64,000 nucleotides of DNA from Prochlorococcus sp. AG-355-B18 (GCA_003280965.1 QCDI01000009.1:1-64000), one strand, 5' to 3'. Positions 21,106 through 32,095 are shown, counted from the stretch's first letter. Notes: generated from the letters alone by a model not told the origin. Translations and numbers: made by a program.

Positions 21106-21435
21106 ATGGATTTTAAAACGTATCAGAAAAAAGCAAGAGAAACAGCACAATACCCAAATCTAGGTTCAAATAATATTTATCCAACTCTTGGTTTAGTTGG
21201 CGAAGCTGGTGAGGTAGCAGAAAAAGTTAAAAAAGTAATTAGAGATAAAAATGGAATATTTGATGATGAATCAAAACTAGGTATTAAAAAAGAGTTAGGA
21301 GATGTTTTATGGTACATATCAAATCTTTGTACAGAATTAAATTTTAATTTGGATGAGGTTGCATTACAAAACTTAGAAAAATTAAAATTAAGAGCTTCTA
21401 AAGGTAAAATAAGTGGTTCCGGTGACGATCGATAA
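21106..21435 (+). CDS. MazG-like nucleoside triphosphate pyrophosphohydrolase
   Basis: LGLVGEAGEVAEKVKK, ELGDVLWY, C-terminal GSGDDR. Confidence 0.9.
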   Translation: MDFKTYQKKARETAQYPNLGSNNIYPTLGLVGEAGEVAEKVKKVIRDKNGIFDDESKLGIKKELGDVLWYISNLCTELNFNLDEVALQNLEKLKLRASKGKISGSGDDR

Positions 21436-21438
21436 TAC

Positions 21439-21717
21439 TTAGCTATAACCTAAACTTGCATACTGAAGATTTGTAATTAAGTTTTGGATAACATTTAAAA
21501 GCAGAAAAGCTAATAAGGAAGAAATATCAAATCCACCTATTGGAGGAATAATACCCCTAAAAATGTTTAAATAAGGATCTGTGATAGAGGCTAATGCAGA
21601 TAAAATTCCATTGCTCCAATCAATACCCGGAAACCATGTAAGTAAAATTCTTATTATTAATATGAAAGAATAAATTGATAAAGTTTGACCTAAAACCGCA
21701 AAAATCTCAGATAACAT
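21439..21717 (-). CDS. YggT/Ycf19 family membrane protein
   Basis: IRILLTWFP and ITDPYLNIFRGIIPPIGGFDIS. Confidence 0.92.
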   Translation of the reverse strand: MLSEIFAVLGQTLSIYSFILIIRILLTWFPGIDWSNGILSALASITDPYLNIFRGIIPPIGGFDISSLLAFLLLNVIQNLITNLQYASLGYS

Positions 21718-21755
21718 TATTATTTCGTAATTTTTATTATTCTAACATTTACTTA

Positions 21756-22301
21756 TTATTGCTGCTTATTTTTCGGCTTTCCTATTTTCGAGAGATATTC
21801 ATTACTCACAGCAAAAGTTTGAAAAAACTTTTCAGATAATGATAACCAATATGATCTTCCATCTTTTTGCTTACGTTTAACAATAAACTTCTTTTCTATT
21901 AATTCTTTAATATGATCGTATGCCCCAGAGCCTCGAAGAAGTATAAGATCAGATTGCAGGATCTTTTTTTTAATGGCTATTGTTGCCAATGTCCTTAATT
22001 CCGATGTTCTTAACTCAGAAGGCAGTAAATCCTCGACAAAGTCATTAAGACTTGATTTTAACTCTAGAGAATAACTATTATTTAATTCAATTAATTCAAT
22101 TGCGGAGTTTGGATTAGAGTATTTAATCTTTAGATTTTTAATTGAATCATTTATTGAGTTGATATCAGAATTAGTAATTTCTGAAAGATCTTTTTTTGTA
22201 ATTGGCCTGCCTTTCAAATAAAGTACAGCTTCAATTTTAGTGACTAGAGCTATATCAGAAAGTTGCTTAGAAACTAGATCAGATTGATTAATTTTAGATA
22301 C
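21756..22301 (-). CDS. scpB: SMC-Scp complex subunit ScpB (start uncertain; open frame extends to 22301)
   Basis: LRTLATIA, QSDLILLRGSGAYDHIKEL, F.QTF. The conserved KIEAVLYLKG lies upstream of the track's TTG at 22217. Confidence 0.88.
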   Translation of the reverse strand, partial: VSKINQSDLVSKQLSDIALVTKIEAVLYLKGRPITKKDLSEITNSDINSINDSIKNLKIKYSNPNSAIELIELNNSYSLELKSSLNDFVEDLLPSELRTSELRTLATIAIKKKILQSDLILLRGSGAYDHIKELIEKKFIVKRKQKDGRSYWLSLSEKFFQTFAVSNEYLSKIGKPKNKQQ

Positions 22302-22328
22302 CTAAATCTTCCCTAATTTACCTTATAT

Positions 22329-23870
22329 TTAATCTGATGCACCAAGGAATAATTTATAAGTATCGTTTTTAGTTTCATCCCAGTACTTATATCCTAAAAT
22401 TTTTACAAAATTGTGCCACTCTATAATTTCATTTCTATCGATTAGAACTCCAATAACAATTTTTCCTACATCTGCACCATAATTTCTATAGTGAAATATA
22501 CTTATAGACCAATTAGATTTCATATTATTTAAGAAATTTATTAATGCTCCGGGTCTCTCAGGAAATTCAAATCTGTATAACAATTCAACCAAATTGCTAT
22601 TATTCATTTCTATGAAATTCTGTGGGAGCCTTCCCCCTACCATATGTCTGAGATGATTTTTAGATAATTCATCATCACTTATGTCGATGAATGGATACTG
22701 AGACTTTTTAAATTCATCTAATAGGTTTTTTTTATCAATTAATCCATAAACTTGTACCCCTACGAATATCTGCGCATTTATAGAATTAGACATTCGATAA
22801 CTAAATTCAGTTAAATTTCTATTATTAAGCAACTTACAAAAATCAATTAAACTCCCAGCTCGTTCCGGTATCTCAACAGCCATCATTACCTCTTTACATT
22901 CTCCGAGCTCTGCTCTTTCTGCCACAAACCTAAGCCTCTCAAAGTTCATATTTGCACCACATGCTATGGCAACCAATTTTTTATTTGAATGATTACAATT
23001 CAAAACATCTTTTTTCAATCCAGCAATTGAAAGTGCTCCTGCAGGCTCTAATATGGATCTAGTATCTTCAAATACATCTTTTATTGCAGCACATATTTCA
23101 TCTGTATTAACCCTTATCATCTTATCTATATATTTTTTTGCAATATCAAAAGTATTAATACCAACTTTTTTCACTGCAACCCCATCAGCAAATTGTCCTA
23201 CCGAAGATAATTCAACAATTTTTGATTCTTCTAAGGATTGTGACATGGCATCTGCATCCTCAGGCTCCACTCCAATTATTTTTACTTCAGGCCATATTTT
23301 TTTAATGTATAAAGATATTCCCGCTATTAATCCGCCTCCGCCTACAGCAATATAAATTGCATATGGTTTTTCTTTTAGTTGATTTTCAAGTTCAATAGCT
23401 ATAGTTCCCTGACCTGCTATTACATCTGGATCATCAAATGGATGAATAAAACATAAATTGTTTTCTTGACTTATCCTTATTGCTTCTTTATAAGTCTCAT
23501 CATAATTATCTCCAAATAATATAACTTTTGCTTTTAAATTTTTTACAGCGTTAATCTTTACTAGAGGTGTCGTAATGGGCATTAATATAGTCGCTTGGCA
23601 TTTTAACTTAAGGGCACTAAGAGCAACCCCTTGAGCATGATTACCAGCACTAGATGTTATTACTCCATTAGCAAGCTGTGATTTACTTAGCTTGCTCATT
23701 TTATTGTATGCTCCTCTTATTTTGAATGAAAAAACATCTTGAAGATCTTCTCTTTTTAAGAAAACTTCATTTTTAAGTGTATTACTTAAATTATTAGCCT
23801 TTTCTAGCGGTGTTTTTTTTGCTACCTCATAGACTTCAGCTTGAAGTATCTTTTCAAAATAATCATTCAT
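22329..23870 (-). CDS. ilvA: Threonine dehydratase, biosynthetic
   Basis: KREDLQDVFSFKIRGA, SAGNHAQGVA, GGGGL, two ACT-like domains (IPERAGS, FPERPGAL). Confidence 0.97.
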   Translation of the reverse strand: MNDYFEKILQAEVYEVAKKTPLEKANNLSNTLKNEVFLKREDLQDVFSFKIRGAYNKMSKLSKSQLANGVITSSAGNHAQGVALSALKLKCQATILMPITTPLVKINAVKNLKAKVILFGDNYDETYKEAIRISQENNLCFIHPFDDPDVIAGQGTIAIELENQLKEKPYAIYIAVGGGGLIAGISLYIKKIWPEVKIIGVEPEDADAMSQSLEESKIVELSSVGQFADGVAVKKVGINTFDIAKKYIDKMIRVNTDEICAAIKDVFEDTRSILEPAGALSIAGLKKDVLNCNHSNKKLVAIACGANMNFERLRFVAERAELGECKEVMMAVEIPERAGSLIDFCKLLNNRNLTEFSYRMSNSINAQIFVGVQVYGLIDKKNLLDEFKKSQYPFIDISDDELSKNHLRHMVGGRLPQNFIEMNNSNLVELLYRFEFPERPGALINFLNNMKSNWSISIFHYRNYGADVGKIVIGVLIDRNEIIEWHNFVKILGYKYWDETKNDTYKLFLGASD

Positions 23871-23987
23871 ATATATATTTTTAGCACTAAATTATTAATC
23901 TTATAAAACATTACATAATCTATTTCAACAAAACTACTCATTTTGCGCCTCGGCGTTTTAGATTATATAGATACCTTTTTTTATGTA

Positions 23988-25877
23988 ATGCTTTTAAGTG
24001 AGTTAAGTCATCCAAATCAACTACATGGCTTAACAGTTTCACAATTAGAGGAAATTGCTTGTCAAATTAGAGAAAGACATCTTCAAGTAGTATCTACTAG
24101 TGGGGGACACCTTGGACCTGGATTAGGTGTAGTTGAGCTTACATTGGCACTATATCAAACTCTCGATCTTGATTACGATAAGGTTGTTTGGGATGTTGGT
24201 CATCAGGGTTATCCTCATAAATTAATAACAGGTCGTTTCAACCAATTTGACTCGCTTAGACAACAAAATGGAGTCGCAGGTTATCTTAAAAGAAGTGAAA
24301 GTAAATTTGACCATTTTGGGGCTGGTCATGCAAGTACATCAATCTCAGCTGCCTTAGGAATGGCAATAGCAAGAGATAGAAAAGGTGATAATTATAAATG
24401 TGTAGCTGTTATAGGTGATGGTGCATTAACTGGTGGAATGGCTTTAGAAGCTATAAATCATGCAGGACACCTTCCTAATACTCCTTTACTTGTAATATTA
24501 AATGATAATGATATGTCAATATCTCCTCCAGTTGGAGCACTTTCATCTTATTTGAATAAGGTTAGACTAAGTCCCCCATTACAATTCTTATCAGACAGTG
24601 TCCAAGAAAGTGTAAAAAATATACCGTTAATTGGTAAAGACATTCCAGAAGAATTAAAAAATATTAAAGGAAGCGTGAGAAGATTAGCTGTTCCAAAGGT
24701 TGGAGCTGTTTTTGAAGAACTAGGTTTTACATACATGGGACCAATAGATGGTCATGACATCGGAAATTTAATTAACACATTTAACGCAGCTCATAGACTA
24801 AAAAAACCAGTTCTTGTTCATGTAGTTACTACAAAAGGTAAAGGGTATCCTTATGCAGAAGCAGATCAAGTTGGTTATCACGCACAATCTGCATTTGATC
24901 TGACTACTGGCAAATCAATTCCATCAAAAAAACCAAAGCCTGTTAGCTATAGCAAAATCTTTGGGCAAACATTATTAAAAATTTGTGAACAGGATAGCAA
25001 AGTTGTTGGTATAACAGCAGCGATGGCTACAGGTACTGGATTAGATTTATTGCAAAAGAATATACCAGATCAATATATAGATGTTGGAATAGCTGAGCAA
25101 CATGCAGTTACTCTTGCTGCAGGAATGTCGTGCGATGGTTTAAAACCTGTTGTCGCAATATATAGTACTTTTCTTCAACGTGCTTTTGATCAACTAATTC
25201 ATGATGTAGGTATTCAAAATTTACCTGTATCTTTCGTTCTTGATAGAGCTGGCATCGTAGGAGCTGACGGTCCTACTCATCAAGGTCAGTACGATATAAG
25301 TTATATGAGATCTATTCCTAATTTTGTTTTAATGGCACCAAAAGATGAGTCCGAGTTACAGAGAATGTTAATAACATCAATTAACCACAAAGGGCCTACA
25401 GCTCTAAGAATACCAAGAGGTTCAGGATTAGGTGTGGCTGTAATGGATGAAGGATGGGAACCTTTAAATATTGGCGAGGCTGAAATATTAGAAGATGGAA
25501 ATGATGTTTTAATTATTGCTTACGGCTCTATGGTTGCTTCAGCCATTGAAACATCAAGGATATTAAAGGATAAAAAAATTAATTCATGCATCGTCAACGC
25601 AAGATTTGTAAAACCTCTTGATAAAAACCTGATTATCCCTTTAGCAAGTAAGATTAAGAAAGTAGTAACTATGGAAGAAGGAACATTAATTGGTGGTTTT
25701 GGTTCCGCTATTGTTGAGTTACTTAATGATAATGAAATAAATGTTCCTGTTTACAGGATTGGAATTCCAGATGTTTTAGTTGATCATGCATCACCTGATC
25801 AGAGTAAAGAAAAATTAGGTCTTATGCCTGATCAGATGGCAGATAAAATTGCTGATAAATTTGAATTAAATAATTAA
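23988..25877 (+). CDS. dxs: 1-deoxy-D-xylulose-5-phosphate synthase
   Basis: [40 protein letters not shown]. Start set at ATG 23988 (MLLSELSHP). Confidence 0.98.
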   Translation: MLLSELSHPNQLHGLTVSQLEEIACQIRERHLQVVSTSGGHLGPGLGVVELTLALYQTLDLDYDKVVWDVGHQGYPHKLITGRFNQFDSLRQQNGVAGYLKRSESKFDHFGAGHASTSISAALGMAIARDRKGDNYKCVAVIGDGALTGGMALEAINHAGHLPNTPLLVILNDNDMSISPPVGALSSYLNKVRLSPPLQFLSDSVQESVKNIPLIGKDIPEELKNIKGSVRRLAVPKVGAVFEELGFTYMGPIDGHDIGNLINTFNAAHRLKKPVLVHVVTTKGKGYPYAEADQVGYHAQSAFDLTTGKSIPSKKPKPVSYSKIFGQTLLKICEQDSKVVGITAAMATGTGLDLLQKNIPDQYIDVGIAEQHAVTLAAGMSCDGLKPVVAIYSTFLQRAFDQLIHDVGIQNLPVSFVLDRAGIVGADGPTHQGQYDISYMRSIPNFVLMAPKDESELQRMLITSINHKGPTALRIPRGSGLGVAVMDEGWEPLNIGEAEILEDGNDVLIIAYGSMVASAIETSRILKDKKINSCIVNARFVKPLDKNLIIPLASKIKKVVTMEEGTLIGGFGSAIVELLNDNEINVPVYRIGIPDVLVDHASPDQSKEKLGLMPDQMADKIADKFELNN

Positions 25878-25898
25878 AAATTTAATAAATCAGATTTT

Positions 25899-26162
25899 TT
25901 ATAAAACACCACGAGATGCTAATCCTAGGATGGCGCCAATTCCAAAAATGTGACCTAGACAGTTAGCTCCAACAACAGACGCGTGACTTAACCCGCCATA
26001 AAATTTTGAATTAGGTATTTCAAAACCCTCATTAGGTTTTCTTATAGTTGCTCTTGCAATTGCGTAAGCAAAAACATTACATGCAATCATTACAACGGCA
26101 CACTTTGGTGACCATTCGAATGTTGCTGGAGCAGAAGCAGCTGCAAATAATGTAGTAAGCAT
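25899..26162 (-). CDS. psaK: Photosystem I subunit PsaK
   Basis: WSPKCAVVMIACN and LGHIFGIGAILGLASRG. Confidence 0.95.
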   Translation of the reverse strand: MLTTLFAAASAPATFEWSPKCAVVMIACNVFAYAIARATIRKPNEGFEIPNSKFYGGLSHASVVGANCLGHIFGIGAILGLASRGVL

Positions 26163-26228
26163 AAAAATTCGTTATTTTTATATATTCTCTAATACTTTTA
26201 CTTAAAAAACACAAAATTGTTAAAGGTC

Positions 26229-26564
26229 TTAAGAGTTGTTTACTTCTAAGTTATTTAAGATCCGTATAAATCCAAGCAATATGACAAAATCACTTAGAGT
26301 TAAGAATGATTCTGCTAATCCATGTAGGAAGTCAACCTCAACGAGAGTTTTATCATAGTAATTTAAGGTTAAAATAGATACTAATATAGTTATTAATACG
26401 AATAAAACAGTTAATGAAAAGCCAGTTTTTACTAATTTATTAATATCTTTAATTTTATATAAGTAATACAAAAAAATTGCATATGGAACTATAGAAATTG
26501 CGAATAAAGCTGTGTTATCAATTGATCCTAATTTTCCTATAAATTTTAAAAATAGATCATTCAT
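26229..26564 (-). CDS. DUF3593-family membrane protein
   Basis: LFAISIVPYAIFLYYL and VDFLHGLAESFLTLS. Paired with the DUF2499-like gene. Confidence 0.8.
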   Translation of the reverse strand: MNDLFLKFIGKLGSIDNTALFAISIVPYAIFLYYLYKIKDINKLVKTGFSLTVLFVLITILVSILTLNYYDKTLVEVDFLHGLAESFLTLSDFVILLGFIRILNNLEVNNS

Positions 26565-26859
26565 AAGTATTAGTAGCTCTAAAGATTTTTATAGAGGCCA
26601 AGGCTAATGTTGAATTTCCTATTAATGTAAATATCCCTTGAAGTGTAACTAATCCATATAATGCATCTTGATTATCATAAATATGCCAAGTTATAGCGCA
26701 CATAGCTCCTATTAAGTTTGGGATCATAGCGATGCTTAACCAATAAAATAAATTGTATTTTTTATATGTTGAAATTTTATATATGACAAATATGGCAAAA
26801 ATCCATTCAATGACTGATGAGATATGTATTAACCAAGTTCCAAATGATAGTTCGTGCAA
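26557..26859 (-). CDS. DUF2499/Ycf49-family membrane protein
   Basis: LSFGTWLIHISSVIEW, AMCAITWHIYDN, LQG..TLIGN. Confidence 0.85.
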   Translation of the reverse strand: MHELSFGTWLIHISSVIEWIFAIFVIYKISTYKKYNLFYWLSIAMIPNLIGAMCAITWHIYDNQDALYGLVTLQGIFTLIGNSTLALASIKIFRATNTYE

Positions 26860-26862
26860 AAT

Positions 26863-27399
26863 TTATATTTTTTTCTTTAAAACGTTAAGTACTTCCTTAG
26901 CATGATTTAGAGGTAAAACACTAATCCATCTATAGGAAATTTTTCCATTTGGAGAAATTAAGAAAGTATTTCTATCTGAGAATGGTGGTATCCAGGAACC
27001 ATATTTTTCACTGATAATTCCGTCAGGATCAGATAATAAAGTGTAATTTATTGATTTTTCGCTACAGAAACTTTCATGAGAATCTTGATTGTCTGCACTA
27101 ATGCCAATAATTTCTGCATTATATTTTGAAAAATCTTTTTTTAATTCTGAAAAACCTTTAGCTTCGAGGGTGCAACCTGCTGTAAAATCCTTTGGATAAA
27201 AATAGATAACAAGCCATTTACCTTCAAAATCATTTAATCCCCAGACTTTTTTTGTTTTTATGTTTTTATTAAAACCTTCTAGTTGAAAATTAGGAGCTAG
27301 GTCCCCAATTTCAGGAGCAAAGTCAAATGCTAGTGCTGAATTACAATTTATTAAAAGAAAAAATAATATAAATACCCTGATCACTAAATTTCTCATCAA
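26863..27399 (-). CDS. bcp: Peroxiredoxin Q/BCP with N-terminal signal peptide
   Basis: YFYPKDFTAGCTLEA (PxxxTxxC), GISAD, LLSDPDG, RNTFLI. Confidence 0.9.
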   Translation of the reverse strand: MMRNLVIRVFILFFLLINCNSALAFDFAPEIGDLAPNFQLEGFNKNIKTKKVWGLNDFEGKWLVIYFYPKDFTAGCTLEAKGFSELKKDFSKYNAEIIGISADNQDSHESFCSEKSINYTLLSDPDGIISEKYGSWIPPFSDRNTFLISPNGKISYRWISVLPLNHAKEVLNVLKKKI

Positions 27400-27401
27400 A
27401 T

Positions 27402-27638
27402 TTAGAATTTTTTCAAATCGACTCCATTTGATTTGGCAAATTTATCTAATCCCAATTTTTGTACAGATTTTAGAGCTTTAGTGCTAATCCTTATGTTTAC
27501 CCATTTTTTTCCTTCTTCCCACCAAAGCCTTCTTTTTTGAAGATTAACTTGCTGTAATTTTTTTGTACGAATATGTGAGTGGCTTACTGCCATCCCGTTA
27601 TTTGCTTTTGCACCAGTAAGTTCGCAAACTCTTGACAT
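27402..27638 (-). CDS. rpmB: 50S ribosomal protein L28
   Basis: [32 protein letters not shown]. Confidence 0.98.
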   Translation of the reverse strand: MSRVCELTGAKANNGMAVSHSHIRTKKLQQVNLQKRRLWWEEGKKWVNIRISTKALKSVQKLGLDKFAKSNGVDLKKF

Positions 27639-27677
27639 ATCTTTTGAGTTGTATCTTAAAAAATTTTAACATACTGC

Positions 27678-29582
27678 TTAAGTTGTTGAATTAAGCAATT
27701 CTGAAATTAATTCTGCATTATTATTTTGTAAACTAATTATCTGTTCTTGATCTAATCCACCTACGGATAGTTTAGCCATATCGTAAACATGATTAGCAAT
27801 TTTTGTTGCTAGTGGATTTTCAACAGATTCTTTTTCATCAATAATTATTTTATTGCCTTTAATTTTATTAAGGCCAACAATAAGTGGATGTTCTTTATTA
27901 ATTAGGAGGACATGATATTCAGGTAAACCCGGCATCTTTTGTTCCATATAGGCACCCATATCATTAATTCTTCTCATTTGCTCTGGTAGCAAAATCATTG
28001 CTGGAGGTGCACCTTTACTAGAAAGAGACTGGACTTTAACTGTAACTTTCTCATTATTAAGTGCTTTAACTATCGTATCTCTAAGATTTTCTGTATTTGA
28101 TTTGCCATCCTTATCTACTATTTCTTTAGATTCATTATCTTCTAGTTCATTAATTTCTGAATCAACTCTTTGGAATTGATAATCTTCATTTTTACTTTCT
28201 AACCATGGAAGAAATTGTGCATCAATTAAAGGATCTGATTTAATAACTTCTTTGTTATCAGATAAACAGATATTTAATGCACTAGACTGAGCAATCAAAT
28301 CTGAACAGTAAATTATTTTTTTAGAGTCGATAATCTTATTTCTTTCTTTGTAACTTGCGAGAGTTGTAAAATACTTATCATTTGATTTGATAAGAGATTT
28401 ATTTTCAATATCCTTAGTTACGTCTTTTTCTGAATTGATAATTGTTTCAAAAATTATACTGTTATCTACTAAATCAGCAAATTTTTCATCTTCGATAGCA
28501 CCAATTTTAATAAAAGCAGAGATGGAATCCCATATTTCAGCGTAAAATTCTGGAGAATTTTTTATCAAATCTTTTAATTTATTTGCAATTTTTTTTGAAA
28601 TAAATGATGATATAGACCTTACCTTCCTATCTGTTTGTAATGCACTTCTACTAACATTTAATGGTATGTCAGTAGAATCAATAACCCCTCTTAGTGGTAA
28701 AAGATATTTTGGTACTATCTCTTTAATTGAATCGCTTACGAAAACTTGATTGCAAAATAGTTTTATTTCTCCCTTTTCCCAATCAGCTCTGCCAGACAAC
28801 TTAGGGAAGTACAATATACCTTGAATATCGTATGGATAATCTGTATTTAGATGTATCCATAACAATGGGTCACCCTGAAAAGGATATAAGTATTTGTATA
28901 ACTCAATATAATCTTCATCTTTTAATTCACTAGGTTGTTTTCTCCAAGGAGGATTTTTCTTGTTAATTGTCTCACCTTCTAATAAGACATCTATTGGCAT
29001 AAAGTCACAATATTTTTTTATTAATGATTTAATCCTTTCAGGCTCAATAAACTCTTTTTCTTCTTCTAAAAGGTGAAGTATCACATCTGTGCCAATTGTC
29101 TCTCTTTTTGATTCCTCTAAGGTAAAATTTGGCGATCCATCACAAGACCATTTGAAAGCCTTTGATTCTCCAATTGCAGACTTAGTTAATATATCAACCC
29201 TATCCGCGACCATAAAACTTGAATAAAAACCTAGTCCAAAATGCCCAATAAATTCATCATTATCTTTTTTATATTTTGTTAGGAATTCTTCTGCGCTCGA
29301 AAATGCTACTTGATTTATGTACTTCTTAATTTCTCCGTCATTCATTCCAATTCCATTATCAGAAATCGTCAGAGTATTTTTCTCACGATCAATTGTTATT
29401 TTTACTTGAGCCTCTTCTGTGTTTTCACAATCACCCGCCATAGAAGCCATTCTTCGCTTACTTATTGCGTCTACACCATTACTTACTAGCTCCCTTAAAA
29501 ATATTTCATGGTCAGAATATACTGCCTTCTTAATAATTGGGAAAATATTTTCGGTATTAATACGAATTTCGCCTTTTTCCAT
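27678..29582 (-). CDS. htpG: Hsp90 chaperone HtpG
   Basis: FLRELVSNGVDA, DNGIGM, IGHFGLGFYS, IPLNVSRS. Confidence 0.97.
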   Translation of the reverse strand: MEKGEIRINTENIFPIIKKAVYSDHEIFLRELVSNGVDAISKRRMASMAGDCENTEEAQVKITIDREKNTLTISDNGIGMNDGEIKKYINQVAFSSAEEFLTKYKKDNDEFIGHFGLGFYSSFMVADRVDILTKSAIGESKAFKWSCDGSPNFTLEESKRETIGTDVILHLLEEEKEFIEPERIKSLIKKYCDFMPIDVLLEGETINKKNPPWRKQPSELKDEDYIELYKYLYPFQGDPLLWIHLNTDYPYDIQGILYFPKLSGRADWEKGEIKLFCNQVFVSDSIKEIVPKYLLPLRGVIDSTDIPLNVSRSALQTDRKVRSISSFISKKIANKLKDLIKNSPEFYAEIWDSISAFIKIGAIEDEKFADLVDNSIIFETIINSEKDVTKDIENKSLIKSNDKYFTTLASYKERNKIIDSKKIIYCSDLIAQSSALNICLSDNKEVIKSDPLIDAQFLPWLESKNEDYQFQRVDSEINELEDNESKEIVDKDGKSNTENLRDTIVKALNNEKVTVKVQSLSSKGAPPAMILLPEQMRRINDMGAYMEQKMPGLPEYHVLLINKEHPLIVGLNKIKGNKIIIDEKESVENPLATKIANHVYDMAKLSVGGLDQEQIISLQNNNAELISELLNSTT

Positions 29583-29699
29583 TTAAAAAAAAATCAAACA
29601 TATAAATCCTATTTCCTAAAAACTAGTTAATCAAGTTTAATTAGGAGTATTGTCCGAACAAGATATTAATTAAAAACTTAAATTAAATATTAAAAGTTT

Positions 29700-30851
29700 T
29701 TATTTAACCCAAACAATCTCAGTACAGTTATTTTCTTTCATAATTTGATTAGCTTTAGCCAAGTCATTACAAGGATTTAAATATAAGACAGCAATAATTC
29801 CACTTTTCTGAAGTTCTTTTTGCTCATTCATACCTTTTTCTAATAAATAAGAATCTTTAAACATTAATAAAATCTTTTTCTTCTCTTTCTTTTCATCCTT
29901 AATTAAATTTCTTAAAACATCTATTGAAATTGTAAATCCAATACCATTTAAAGTTTTCTCATTAGGACTAAAGAATCTAACCAGTTCATCATATCTTCCA
30001 CCTTTTGCTATCACGTTTTTATTATTACCACTATCACCTATAAGTTGAAAAACTATTCCTTCGTATAAATTCAAGTGGGGTTGAAAAGTCGGATCAAGTT
30101 GTAATTTAACGCCGTATTTACTTGATATTTTTGAGATTGTTTCAAATAAAAAATATAAATCATCTAGATTTTTACTAGGGCCAAATATACTTTTCAATTT
30201 TTTTAATATTGCCATTGGTTCGCCTCTTGTGAACAATAAATCTTTAAGAATATATTTATCCTCCTCATCAATTCCTAATTTGGATAATTTGACTTGATCA
30301 AAATTAACCAAACTTTTCTTAATTTCTTCAAAATTATTATTCTTATACTTATTCAAGATCAAGTCCATTATTTTTGTGGTACTAACTAGTAGACATAAAT
30401 TACAATCATCCTTCAAATTAATATTATCTATGGAATCAAACAAAATATTGATAACTTCAATTTCGGGGTATTTTGTTTCATATCCAATTAATTCGATTCC
30501 ACTTTGAAGTTTCTCTTGCAACTTAAAAGAATTTTTATTATTTTCTTTTTTATCGAAGACCATTCCGTTTGTGAACAATCTTATTGGTCTTTTCTTATTT
30601 ATTAATCTGGTAGATGATAATTTGACAATAGATGTAGTCATTTCCGGCCTTAGACATAATGAATTATTACTTACTATTCCAACAACCTCATTTTCTTCAA
30701 TAACACCACGACCTTTTATCGTCTCTAAAGTATTTATAAATGAAGGGGAAACTTCTTCATACCCCCATAGTTTATAAATATTATTTAAATTATTTATGAT
30801 ATTAGAGTTATTCCTTACATCTACTAATTTAATTTCCTTTATATCAGTCAT
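29700..30851 (-). CDS. hisZ: ATP phosphoribosyltransferase regulatory subunit
   Basis: WGYEEV, LRPEMTTSI, QSGIELIG, YEGIVF, GGRYD. Confidence 0.9.
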   Translation of the reverse strand: MTDIKEIKLVDVRNNSNIINNLNNIYKLWGYEEVSPSFINTLETIKGRGVIEENEVVGIVSNNSLCLRPEMTTSIVKLSSTRLINKKRPIRLFTNGMVFDKKENNKNSFKLQEKLQSGIELIGYETKYPEIEVINILFDSIDNINLKDDCNLCLLVSTTKIMDLILNKYKNNNFEEIKKSLVNFDQVKLSKLGIDEEDKYILKDLLFTRGEPMAILKKLKSIFGPSKNLDDLYFLFETISKISSKYGVKLQLDPTFQPHLNLYEGIVFQLIGDSGNNKNVIAKGGRYDELVRFFSPNEKTLNGIGFTISIDVLRNLIKDEKKEKKKILLMFKDSYLLEKGMNEQKELQKSGIIAVLYLNPCNDLAKANQIMKENNCTEIVWVK

Positions 30852-30869
30852 TTTAATATTTATCGGTTC

Positions 30870-31718
30870 TTACGTATAAAGATTTTTATTAAAGGGAGAA
30901 ACATTATCTAGTTCTTTTTTTAATTCCTTCTCAATGCTGGGGGAACATGCAAGAATTCTTCCAGAACTTAAATTAAATTCACCTGATGGATAATCCGAAA
31001 TAGTTCCGCCTGCCTCTTTAACAATAATAGCACCGGCTGCTAAGTCCCAAACCTCTAGTCCCCTTTCCCAGTATCCATCAACTTTTCCAGCTGCAACAAA
31101 TGCAAGATCTACTGCTGCAGCTCCTCCTCTTCTAACTCCTCTAGTTTTATGTGTTAGATAACAAAACTCTGCATAATTATTATCCTCTACCTCAAATCTG
31201 TCATAAGCAAAACCAGTAACTAGTAAGCTATTAGAAAGGTTACTAGGACTCGTTACTTTAAGTTTAATATCATTGCAAAACGATCCTAATCCTATGCAGG
31301 CAGAATATAATTCACTTAAATATGGTACTGATATAGCTCCAATAATTGGATTATTTTTATATACAAGTCCTATAGAAGATCCAAAAAAAGGATAACCATG
31401 AGAATAATTAGTTGTACCGTCTAATGGGTCTATACACCATGTTAGATCTGAGGATTTATTTAATTTCCCACTTTCCTCTGCATGAATAGATATATTGGGT
31501 GTTTCTTGTAATAAATATTCTTTTATTTTATTCTCAACTTCCAAATCGACATTCGTTACAAGATCACCTTTTCTCCCTTTTGATGAAATCTTTTGTATTT
31601 TATTATAATTAATTTTTAAAATTTCATTGCCAATTTGAGCAGAATTTTTGGCTATTTCATACAACCTAGGTAAGTTTATTTGGTTTACAAGTTCTTCTAT
31701 TTCGCTCATTTCAAACAT
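30870..31718 (-). CDS. suhB: Inositol monophosphatase family protein
   Basis: DLVT, AEE, WCIDPLDGTTNY, RRGGAAAVDL, WDLAAG. Confidence 0.92.
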   Translation of the reverse strand: MFEMSEIEELVNQINLPRLYEIAKNSAQIGNEILKINYNKIQKISSKGRKGDLVTNVDLEVENKIKEYLLQETPNISIHAEESGKLNKSSDLTWCIDPLDGTTNYSHGYPFFGSSIGLVYKNNPIIGAISVPYLSELYSACIGLGSFCNDIKLKVTSPSNLSNSLLVTGFAYDRFEVEDNNYAEFCYLTHKTRGVRRGGAAAVDLAFVAAGKVDGYWERGLEVWDLAAGAIIVKEAGGTISDYPSGEFNLSSGRILACSPSIEKELKKELDNVSPFNKNLYT

Positions 31719-31720
31719 AA

Positions 31721-32095
31721 TTAATCTTCCTCAAATTCCCAAGGTGGCGCAACTCTTGTATTACCCCTTCCAAAATATTGTCCAAATTGCAAGTCATAAA
31801 CTTCATCTTCGTATGTTGTTTCTACTTCGAGATCTGCAGAGGCTTTAGCAACACAAAGAAGTGCATAAGCTTTATCTTTTAGGGCTTGAGAAACCCCCAT
31901 TGCCTCAGGTTGCTTCAACTCACCAGATATTATTTTAACTGCGCAACTAGTACAGCAACCATTCCTACATGAAAATGGAAGCTTAAAACCTTTCTTTTCG
32001 AATTCCTTAAGTATGTACTCATCACTATTAACCTTCTCTCGGTAGACCTTTCCGGTTTCTTTATTTTTAATAGTGACTGTGAAAGTCTTCTTCAA
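31721..32095 (-). CDS. [2Fe-2S] ferredoxin with C-terminal extension (Fed2/FdC2-like)
   Basis: LPFSCRNGCCTSCA...LLC plus the extension EDEVYDLQFGQYFGRG. Confidence 0.88.
   Translation of the reverse strand: MKKTFTVTIKNKETGKVYREKVNSDEYILKEFEKKGFKLPFSCRNGCCTSCAVKIISGELKQPEAMGVSQALKDKAYALLCVAKASADLEVETTYEDEVYDLQFGQYFGRGNTRVAPPWEFEED

Noticed and set aside
21106..21435. MazG-like gene as evidence of phage DNA or a defence system
   Set aside because: It sits among core genes (pyk, yggT, scpB) with no phage or defence neighbours.
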